A DNA stretch of 11,061 nucleotides. Source: Candidatus Bathyarchaeia archaeon (GTDB lineage: Archaea; Thermoproteota; Bathyarchaeia; Bathyarchaeales; Bathycorpusculaceae). The position numbers and the translations under genes were made by a program. The notes under the pieces are model-generated. The model had not been told where the DNA came from, searched no databases, and saw only the letters and a program-made list of their open reading frames with translations. Shown one piece after another: positions 1-6,994 of the stretch. Within the stretch, counting starts at the first letter, position 1. The number at the start of each line of letters is the position of its first letter. The stretch lies in NCBI GenBank assembly GCA_038883795.1, contig JAVZLK010000044.1:1-11061 (forward strand). Direction: 5' to 3'.

Positions 1-1451
1 GCCAATGTGTCATAGATTTTACCAAGTATCTCGAAGTCCCAATACCACTCAGCATATAATATGTTCAAGTGGGTTGGGTAATAAACGCTTGACCATCCGT
101 AACGGATGGACATTTCGTTGTCGCCCGAACCATATAGGAAGCCTTCTGGTTGGGCGTTGAGGAACGTGTACCAGCTGTTTGTGCCGAAGCCCTGCTCGTT
201 CACTATTTGCCACCAGTCCTTGCCCTCGTATTCATCTTCCACATTGCCCACATCACCAAGGTATTTTACCCTCGAAGCCTTGACACCTAAGTTGCAGTAC
301 AATGGAATGGCATGGGCTTGTTCTGCAAATCTCTGCTGGGCAGCCCACGCGGAAGTGTTAGCAGCGGCAAGGCTTGTTGCAAATTTCACGTTGTAACTGT
401 AAGTGTCGTAGACTGGGTCATTTATGAACATTGTGTTGGGGCATGAAGATTCTGGACTGTGCCAATGCATGCTGCTGTGGAACAAGTCGTAGAGGAAGTC
501 TGGCTCTGGACCTATGAAGATCCAGCCAGCCGTGTACAATGTGCCATCTTTTTCTAACATATAGTGCTGATAGCATACTCCACCTCCACCATAGTTCAAC
601 TCGTAGTCAATGCCTATCTTAGCCATAGAAGCGGCAAGCTGCTCACCCATCTTCTTCCTTCCTTCGTGGTCGCTTCTAACCCACATCTTCACCTTAATGG
701 CTTCGCCTGGATCTTTAACATTGTTGCCATTTTTGTCCCAATAATACTTTCCAGTACCCGCATCTTTTTTAAAGCCGCCGCTAGCAAGAGCTGCCTCTGC
801 TGCAGCTTCATCATACAAATAGCATAGGTCTTCTAGGAGCCCGCCTGGTTTGATGTATCTGTTGACCCATCCGAGGGGTTCCATGTAGCTTGGCACGGGC
901 GTGTACATCACTATGCCCAAGCCCTTCAGAACGTCAATTTCTAGGAAGGTTCTGTTGGTTAAGTAGGCGAGGGCCCTTCTGAACCACACGTTAGAGCAGG
1001 GGTTCCAGCTTCCAGGCTCAGGATAACCATACAATGGGTTGGGGTAGGGCTGACCAGTATCGGGGTTTTTTGGTGTTCCCGGTGGATTGCCTAAAACAGT
1101 GTTGTTGTTGTGGTTCAAGTCGAAAAGGTACATGCCTGCCTCTCCGTTATTGGGCGCACCAGGATACGGAACCTTCTTTATTATACCTTGATATTCTGGC
1201 TTGTCAAATTCATCAAACCAATACTTGTTCAAAGGCCAGTCGGTAACATCAATTTTGCCCGCAGCCAGGTTCGTCCACATGGCAGTCTGACCATTATACA
1301 TTATTATCTTGATCTTGTCAAGCCTAGGACCAAACATCTCAAAGTTTTCATCGGAAGTTGAAGGACTTCCCGGAGTAACCCAAGCATTTACTGGAACAAC
1401 CATCAACAATGAAGCAAAGACCGCTAACGCAATAACTAAAGCCTTTTTCAT
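1..1451 (-). CDS. oppA: ABC transporter substrate-binding protein, family 5 (OppA/DppA-like); 3'-partial, apparently circularly permuted
   Basis: I translated the minus strand by hand from ATG at 1451: 483 codons with no stop up to the window edge. Signal peptide MKKALVIALAVFASLLMVVPVNA|W. Family-5 motifs: GPRLDKIKIIMY..LAAGKIDV, SNVWFRRALAYLTNR, YDEAAAEAALASGG, AGWIFIGPEPDFLYDLFHS, NDPVYD, AIPLY, then IRYGW..PTHLNIL..ILGKIYDTL. Purine-rich SD-like AGGAGAGAGAGGAG directly upstream. Adjacent to oppBCDF. Confidence 0.92.
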   Translation of the reverse strand, partial: MKKALVIALAVFASLLMVVPVNAWVTPGSPSTSDENFEMFGPRLDKIKIIMYNGQTAMWTNLAAGKIDVTDWPLNKYWFDEFDKPEYQGIIKKVPYPGAPNNGEAGMYLFDLNHNNNTVLGNPPGTPKNPDTGQPYPNPLYGYPEPGSWNPCSNVWFRRALAYLTNRTFLEIDVLKGLGIVMYTPVPSYMEPLGWVNRYIKPGGLLEDLCYLYDEAAAEAALASGGFKKDAGTGKYYWDKNGNNVKDPGEAIKVKMWVRSDHEGRKKMGEQLAASMAKIGIDYELNYGGGGVCYQHYMLEKDGTLYTAGWIFIGPEPDFLYDLFHSSMHWHSPESSCPNTMFINDPVYDTYSYNVKFATSLAAANTSAWAAQQRFAEQAHAIPLYCNLGVKASRVKYLGDVGNVEDEYEGKDWWQIVNEQGFGTNSWYTFLNAQPEGFLYGSGDNEMSIRYGWSSVYYPTHLNILYAEWYWDFEILGKIYDTL

Positions 1452-1500
1452 TCTCCTCTCTCTCCTATATTTTCAGCACTAAAACCTAAATAAGGAGCTA

Positions 1501-1517
1501 ATTTAAAAGTTTTATGG
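1501..1517. promoter_or_regulatory. Overlapping divergent archaeal BRE-TATA promoters (oppA on minus, 128-aa gene on plus)
   Basis: The minus strand reads CATAAAAC-TTTTAAAT, about 50 nt before the oppA ATG. The plus strand reads TAAAAG-TTTTATGG, about 30 nt before ATG 1546. The core TAAAAGTTTTA (1504-1514) is palindromic. Confidence 0.55.
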
Positions 1518-1545
1518 AAAATAGTTACATAACAGATGAAACAAA

Positions 1546-1932
1546 ATGCAAATTCAATGTATAAAAAAGAAAATCAACCTAGAACTACTAGCCAAATTCA
1601 CCGAAACATTCTTCAAAGAAAAGGGCTTCAAAACAAAACTCGAACAAACCAAAAAAAGCTTTACAATTTCCTGTATAACACATCACGAAGGAAAACCCAG
1701 AATAATGACAGTAAAGATTATGGGAAAACCAGACGATTTCATAATAGAACTCACAAACCCAACCCCTAGAAACCTTCAACTCTTACAAAGTGTGCTCACT
1801 CTTTTTGGATGGGGATTCCTAATCTTAAACGAGTTAAAATCACAAGAATTCTACAAAAAAATTGAAGAAGAATTCTTAACATTCATTGACAAAACAATTG
1901 AAAATTTGGCCAATTCCGCAACTATCAATTAA
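1546..1932 (+). CDS. Hypothetical protein (128 aa)
   Basis: Fills the gap between oppA and oppC, and its stop lies 11 nt from the convergent oppC stop. Plausible amphipathic helix / beta-strands / helix pattern with one short hydrophobic patch (SVLTLFGWGFLIL). No family recognised. Confidence 0.8.
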   Translation: MQIQCIKKKINLELLAKFTETFFKEKGFKTKLEQTKKSFTISCITHHEGKPRIMTVKIMGKPDDFIIELTNPTPRNLQLLQSVLTLFGWGFLILNELKSQEFYKKIEEEFLTFIDKTIENLANSATIN

Positions 1933-1943
1933 ACAAAATTCAG

Positions 1944-3635
1944 TCATCTTCTAACCCTCAACTTTGGATTAAGCACTTCATCCAAAGCGTACCCAAGTAA
2001 AATGAAAGCCATAGCCAACAAGGCAATACATAACCCTGGAGGAATCACCCACCACCAATTTCCCCAAGCACTTTCAACTTGAACATCATAAAGCATTTTA
2101 CCCCAAGAAATTCTGAAAGGATCAGCAAATCCAAGCCAACTAAGAGCCGCCTCAGCCGTTATAGCTCCCGGCACAGACGTAGCTAAAGTAACATAAACCA
2201 AAGACATCACATTTGGAAGAATATGCTTTGACAAAATATGAACTCTCCCAGCACCAACAGCCTTAGCCGCTTCAATAAAAGGCCTCTCTTTCAAGCTAAG
2301 CACCTGAGATCTCACAAGCCTTGCAAAACCCATCCATCCCAATATACCCAGCAAAATTATAAGATTCTCAAGTTTAGGTCCCAAAACTGCCACCAAAACT
2401 ATCAAAAGCGGCAAACTCGGAATCACAAGCAACATATCAGTAAACCTCATTATCAATTCATCAACAAACCTACCAAAGTAGCCCGCCATCAACCCCACAA
2501 CCAAACCTATAGCCACACTAAGAACAGCTGAAAGCAACCCAACATAGAGGGACAGTCTCGCTCCATAAACCAACTGCGTAAATAAGTCTCTTCCATACTG
2601 ATCAGTCCCTAACAAACCCCAACACGTCCCTCTAAGATCCAAAGCTAAATCATCAATATTCATAACAGTCTCAACTGATTTACCAGTGTCTTCCACATCT
2701 TGAAAAGTTATTTTTATACCCCACCTATATTTTCCGGGTATCTGATCCGACGGAAAAATAATGCGCATAGGTGATGTGCCTCCATACTTGAATGAAAGAT
2801 ACGTTGCCACTCCCACGGCATCAGAGTCCACAGGCGCAAATTTCCTAGAAGAGATCCACTCGCCAATATATGTCCCAGCAGTGCCATCATCTGCTACACC
2901 ACGAGGTGTAAACCCTGGAACAGGCCACACTTCCCACACCATATAATCTATCCGCTCAATAAAAATCTTAAAATTGACAGGAACATCAAAAAAGGAAGCA
3001 TTGTAAGTCCGTATTTCAGTGGTCCATGTGGTTTTATTCAAAAAAACTTCCGTCACGGTTCTTTCAGTCGTAGAACCGTTCACTAAATAAGCAATAGCAC
3101 CAACAAATTTTCTCGGAGGCCCCGAAAAAGGATAATAAAAATCCTTGTAAATCATCAACGATACATTTCCACGTGGTGGTTCTGTTTCTGAACGACTATA
3201 ACTGACACGAAGACTTCCTGGACCAGTAAATGGACTTCCCACTGAATCATATTCTATACGAACATTTTCTATACCTGACGTAACCCACTTAACAGTCCAT
3301 TCTCCAAACTCCCCATGAGTATCGTTCAAAACAATAAAAGACTGAGTTAACCTAAAATCAGGATCATTTATAATTCCCATGTTTTCGCTTAGCTCCGGCA
3401 TCCCCCCCAACATACGCGGCATATATCTAAGCCAGAAAGGAGCTGCACGGTCACCAGCCAACGCCGTTGTTAAGATTGGATCATAAGGTGTAAACAATTG
3501 CGGGGCAAAAGAAAAAACGGCGAAAACAAATATAATTAGCATCCCAACTATGCCCTTTGGATTTCTAAAAAAAATCTTAAGGAAATTATAAAATCTTTTT
3601 AATAGTAATCTCACTCTCTTTTTTGCAACCGCCAT
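1944..3635 (-). CDS. oppC: Oligopeptide/dipeptide-family ABC permease OppC/DppC with large extracellular insertion
   Basis: OppC N-terminal segment (FFRNPKGIVGMLII..APQLFTPYDP), LLGTDQYGRDLFTQLVYGARLSL, EAA loop FIEAAKAVGA..ILSKHILPN, EAALSWLG, SWGKML, WWWVIPPG, LGYALDEVLNPK. SD GGTGA lies within the end of oppB. Confidence 0.96.
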   Translation of the reverse strand: MAVAKKRVRLLLKRFYNFLKIFFRNPKGIVGMLIIFVFAVFSFAPQLFTPYDPILTTALAGDRAAPFWLRYMPRMLGGMPELSENMGIINDPDFRLTQSFIVLNDTHGEFGEWTVKWVTSGIENVRIEYDSVGSPFTGPGSLRVSYSRSETEPPRGNVSLMIYKDFYYPFSGPPRKFVGAIAYLVNGSTTERTVTEVFLNKTTWTTEIRTYNASFFDVPVNFKIFIERIDYMVWEVWPVPGFTPRGVADDGTAGTYIGEWISSRKFAPVDSDAVGVATYLSFKYGGTSPMRIIFPSDQIPGKYRWGIKITFQDVEDTGKSVETVMNIDDLALDLRGTCWGLLGTDQYGRDLFTQLVYGARLSLYVGLLSAVLSVAIGLVVGLMAGYFGRFVDELIMRFTDMLLVIPSLPLLIVLVAVLGPKLENLIILLGILGWMGFARLVRSQVLSLKERPFIEAAKAVGAGRVHILSKHILPNVMSLVYVTLATSVPGAITAEAALSWLGFADPFRISWGKMLYDVQVESAWGNWWWVIPPGLCIALLAMAFILLGYALDEVLNPKLRVRR

Positions 3636-3642
3636 CTAGCTT

Positions 3643-4719
3643 TCACCCATATTTTATTCGTGGATCAATAACCCCATATAAAAGATCAGCAATGAAATTC
3701 GCCACAATTACGCATACCGCTATTATGAAGAAAATAGCTTGCAAAACTGTGTAGTCATACGTTATTATTGCATTCCAAATCCAACCTCCAAGCCCCGGCC
3801 AACTATAAACAGTCTCAGTGATAATAGCTCCGGAAAGCATGAAACCAAAAGCCAAAGCCGCATTTGTAATCAAAGGTAACGAAGCATTTTTCAAAGCATG
3901 TCGGAAGAGAACAGTCCTTTCCTTCACTCCTTTCGCCCTAGCTGTCACTATATAATCTTCTGTAAGAGCCTCTAACATTGTTGCCCTTGTTAGAAGGAGA
4001 TATCCACCATATTGGAAAATAGTAAGCGTAAAAACGGGCAGAAAAGCATGCCGCAGATATCCGGTGATGAGAGTTAAACCCTTACTGAAGTCAAAAGAAA
4101 GCACCATATTAAGTGTTTGCGATGTCGAATTAATATTCAGAGAAAGAGGTTGTGGAAAGTTTACACCCCTTCCATAGGTCCATTCTACAGGATAAGCATG
4201 AGCAGATGGGAACCAACCTAGCCTCAAGCAGAAAACAAGTATAAAGATCATCCCCATCCAAAAGGTTGGAAGCGAATAAAACATTAACGAAGAAAGTACC
4301 ATTGCACTATCGAATTTCCCACCCCTCTTATGTGCCACATATACTCCTAAAATAGTCCCTATAACAATGGACAAAGCTGTTGACCCTCCCATTAATATAA
4401 GCGTCCAAGGAAGACGATACATCAATTCATCCGCTACTGGCGTTCGATTTTTCAGAGACAACCCAAATTGCCATGAAAAAACATTTCTCAAATATTTCAT
4501 GTATTGTATTGGAAGAGGATCCCCTATACCGTATAATTCTCTTAGTCTTTGCGCTAACTCTTTAAGTTCTTTCTCTCCCAAACCCTTAAGTCCAGATATA
4601 TACATTCCAACAGGATCCCCAGGCATAACCATGAAAATGATGAAATTCAACGTAGCCACTAACAGGATGAGCACAAAGGAATAGATGATCCTTTTAGCAA
4701 TGTATGCCCTTAAACCCAT
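3643..4719 (-). CDS. oppB: Oligopeptide/dipeptide-family ABC permease OppB/DppB
   Basis: YIAKRII..MPGDP, YGIGDPLPIQY, FGLS, RLPWTL, SLPTFW, HAFLP, EAA loop EDYIVTARAKG..RHALKNA, ITETVYSWPGLG, ADLLYGVIDPRI. Confidence 0.97.
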   Translation of the reverse strand: MGLRAYIAKRIIYSFVLILLVATLNFIIFMVMPGDPVGMYISGLKGLGEKELKELAQRLRELYGIGDPLPIQYMKYLRNVFSWQFGLSLKNRTPVADELMYRLPWTLILMGGSTALSIVIGTILGVYVAHKRGGKFDSAMVLSSLMFYSLPTFWMGMIFILVFCLRLGWFPSAHAYPVEWTYGRGVNFPQPLSLNINSTSQTLNMVLSFDFSKGLTLITGYLRHAFLPVFTLTIFQYGGYLLLTRATMLEALTEDYIVTARAKGVKERTVLFRHALKNASLPLITNAALAFGFMLSGAIITETVYSWPGLGGWIWNAIITYDYTVLQAIFFIIAVCVIVANFIADLLYGVIDPRIKYG

Positions 4720-4754
4720 AATTTCTCACATCCTAATTGGAAGGCTATGATCGG

Positions 4755-4768
4755 TATTTAAGCTTTGA
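4755..4768 (-). promoter_or_regulatory. Putative BRE-TATA for oppBC
   Basis: The minus strand reads TCAAAGC-TTAAATA, ending about 36 nt before the oppB ATG (4719). Confidence 0.55.
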
Positions 4769-4810
4769 CTTTTATTCTATTATCAACATTTCAAAAAATA
4801 TCCTAAAAAC

Positions 4811-4825
4811 TAAAAGGTTTTATAT
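4811..4825 (+). promoter_or_regulatory. Putative BRE-TATA for oppDF
   Basis: TAAAAGG-TTTTATAT about 50 nt upstream of ATG 4876, followed by a purine-rich leader (AAGGGAAGAG). Confidence 0.6.
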
Positions 4826-4875
4826 TTATAACTTTTTTATAAGATGAGAAAAGCCACAATAAGGGAAGAGAAAAA

Positions 4876-5844
4876 ATGGCTGTCCTCCATGTCCAGAATT
4901 TAAAAACCTACTACACAATTCTTAGAGGATCAGTAAAAGCTGTTGACGACGTCAGCTTCAAAATTGAGAAAGGTGAAGCTTTCGGCTTAGCCGGGGAATC
5001 AGGATGCGGAAAAACCACCGTTGCGCTATCAATACTAAAGATACTGCCCCCAGGTGGAAATATCGTTGAAGGCAAAATACTCTTTGGAGATCTAGACATA
5101 GTCAAACTTGATGAGGATTATATAAGAAAAAACATAAGATGGAAAGGAATTTCTATAGTATTCCAAGGCGCCATGAATGCACTGAACCCTGTATACAAAG
5201 TTGGAGAACAAATAGTCGAAGCTATCCAAATTCACGAACCAGACGTTGAAAATTCAGAGGCACTAGAAAGGGCTAAAAAACTTCTAGAACTTGTTGGCAT
5301 AGATCCCTCCAGAATCGATAACTATCCACATGAATTTAGTGGCGGAATGAGGCAACGTGCAATGATAGCCATGGCTTTAGCTTGTAACCCTCAACTTCTG
5401 ATTGCAGATGAACCTGGAACAGCATTAGACGTAATTGTAGCAGCACAAGTATTAAAATTGCTAAAAGATTTAAAAAAGAAGCTGAATTTATCCATGATGT
5501 TAATTACTCACGACCTATCTATAATTGCTGAAACTTGCGAGAAAACGGGAATTATGTATGCAGGGAAACTTGTGGAATATGCTGACACATTATCGATTTT
5601 TCGACAACCCCTACATCCCTATACTCAAGGATTAATAGGAGCATTTCCAGGTATAAAAGCTCCCAAAAGTCGAATGGTTTCTATTCCTGGATCCCCACCA
5701 GATCTGTTAAACCCACCTTCAGGATGTAGATTTCATACAAGATGTAAATATGCAATGGATATCTGTAGAAAAAAGACTCCGGAATTTGTGAACATAGAAA
5801 AAGGGAAAGAACATTATGTGGCTTGTTACTTAGTTCAAAAATGA
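4876..5844 (+). CDS. oppD: Oligopeptide/dipeptide ABC ATPase OppD/DppD
   Basis: Walker A GESGCGKT, Q-loop VFQGAMNALNP, signature YPHEFSGGMRQR, Walker B LLIADEP, H-loop ITHD, and C-terminal HPYT...PSGCRFHTRC..C..VAC extension. Confidence 0.97.
   Translation: MAVLHVQNLKTYYTILRGSVKAVDDVSFKIEKGEAFGLAGESGCGKTTVALSILKILPPGGNIVEGKILFGDLDIVKLDEDYIRKNIRWKGISIVFQGAMNALNPVYKVGEQIVEAIQIHEPDVENSEALERAKKLLELVGIDPSRIDNYPHEFSGGMRQRAMIAMALACNPQLLIADEPGTALDVIVAAQVLKLLKDLKKKLNLSMMLITHDLSIIAETCEKTGIMYAGKLVEYADTLSIFRQPLHPYTQGLIGAFPGIKAPKSRMVSIPGSPPDLLNPPSGCRFHTRCKYAMDICRKKTPEFVNIEKGKEHYVACYLVQK
5716..5744 (+). repeat. 29-bp exact direct repeat, copy 1 (copy 2 at 6730-6758)
   Basis: CCTTCAGGATGTAGATTTCATACAAGATG occurs identically in oppD and oppF and encodes PSGCRFHTRC. 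Confidence 0.9.
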
Positions 5845-5859
5845 AAAGGAGGAAACTAA

Positions 5860-6855
5860 GTGAAGGAAACTATTTTGAAGGTCGAAAATTTGAAAAAATA
5901 TTTCCCCGTCAGAATGGGATTTTTTGAAACACTCATATCAAGAAAGCAGTTATTTGTCCATGCCGTGGATGGAATAAGCTTTAATATAAGAAAGGGAGAA
6001 ATTTTTGGCCTTGCAGGCGAGAGTGGCAGTGGTAAAACAACTACCGGAAGATTATTAATTAGGCTTATCGAACCTACATCAGGTAAAATATATTTCCATG
6101 ACCAAGAAGTCACAAAACTATCTGATAAACAGTTTAAGCCTCTCCGCCGCAAAATGCAAATAATATTTCAAGATCCCTATGAGTCGATTAACCCTAGAAT
6201 GACCATATTCGATGTAATCTCTGAACCGTTGAGAGTTCAAGAGAGCGGACTAAGCGAAGTTGAAGTAGAAAACAGAGTTTATAAGGCCCTAGAAGATGTA
6301 GAGTTAATTCCTCCAGAAGAATTCATTTATAGATTCCCACATGAGTTAAGCGGCGGACAGAGGCAGAGAGTTGCTGTAGCACGGGCACTTATACTTAATC
6401 CAGAGTTCATAGTCGCAGACGAACCTGTATCCATGCTTGACGTCTCTATCAGAGCAGAGGTGTTGAACTTGATGGTGGAACTCATGGAAAAATATAACGT
6501 GTCTTTCCTATATATTACACACGATCTAGCGTTGGCAAGACATATGTGTGACCGAATAGCTGTTATGTATTTGGGTAAGATCGTTGAGATGGGTCCCACG
6601 GAGAAGGTTATTTTTGAACCTTTTCATCCATATACTCAAGCATTAATTTCAGCTATTCCCATACCAGATCCCACGTCGGCCCGTACCGAAGTTGTCATAA
6701 AGGGAGAAATTCCAAGTCCCATAAATCCGCCTTCAGGATGTAGATTTCATACAAGATGCCCTGCTTTTATTGGGAATATCTGTACTATGAAAGAACCAGA
6801 ACTTCTGGAAATTGATAAGGACCATCATGTAGCATGCCATCTATATAAGAAATAA
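5860..6855 (+). CDS. oppF: Oligopeptide/dipeptide ABC ATPase OppF/DppF
   Basis: GTG start with SD AGGAGG (5847-5852). LKKYFP, AVDGISF, Walker A GESGSGKT, IFQDPYESINPR, FPHELSGGQRQR, VADEPVSMLD, ITHD, HPYT, PSGCRFHTRC..C..VACH. Confidence 0.97.
   Translation: MKETILKVENLKKYFPVRMGFFETLISRKQLFVHAVDGISFNIRKGEIFGLAGESGSGKTTTGRLLIRLIEPTSGKIYFHDQEVTKLSDKQFKPLRRKMQIIFQDPYESINPRMTIFDVISEPLRVQESGLSEVEVENRVYKALEDVELIPPEEFIYRFPHELSGGQRQRVAVARALILNPEFIVADEPVSMLDVSIRAEVLNLMVELMEKYNVSFLYITHDLALARHMCDRIAVMYLGKIVEMGPTEKVIFEPFHPYTQALISAIPIPDPTSARTEVVIKGEIPSPINPPSGCRFHTRCPAFIGNICTMKEPELLEIDKDHHVACHLYKK
6730..6758 (+). repeat. 29-bp exact direct repeat, copy 2
   Basis: Identical to 5716-5744. Confidence 0.9.
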
Positions 6856-6912
6856 AACATCATAAGATGCGACGCGCATATTTACTTATGGCCATTTTGA
6901 CAAACAAAATAG

Positions 6913-6954
6913 CAAAGGTTTTATTAATTAAACTCGAGAAAAGCCTTAAATATA
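6913..6954 (+). promoter_or_regulatory. Two tandem candidate BRE-TATA elements upstream of the 397-aa gene
   Basis: CAAAGG-TTTTATTA (6913-6926) and GAAAAGCC-TTAAATAT (6938-6953). ATG at 6995. Confidence 0.45.
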
Positions 6955-6994
6955 AAATTTTAATAATACAACGAAAACACTAGGCTGATAAAGT

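Noticed and set aside
93-109. Perfect inverted repeat CCATCCGT-A-ACGGATGG near the apparent permutation junction of oppA
   Set aside because: It has 8-bp arms, occurs once and lies inside coding sequence. One such match in 11 kb is compatible with chance.
106-1361. Plus-strand ORFs 106-396, 564-827, 1034-1246 and 1110-1361
   Set aside because: They are antisense shadows of the long minus-strand binding-protein gene and show no recognisable motifs.
1536-1779. ORFs 1536-1769 (+) and 1588-1779 (-)
   Set aside because: They overlap the longer 1546-1932 ORF, which fits the gap better and has a more protein-like composition.
2238-6599. Short ORFs antisense to oppC, oppB, oppD and oppF (2238-2531, 2761-2946, 4367-4684, 4911-5105, 5856-6152, 6327-6599)
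   Set aside because: They lie essentially within well-supported genes on the opposite strand and have no independent evidence.
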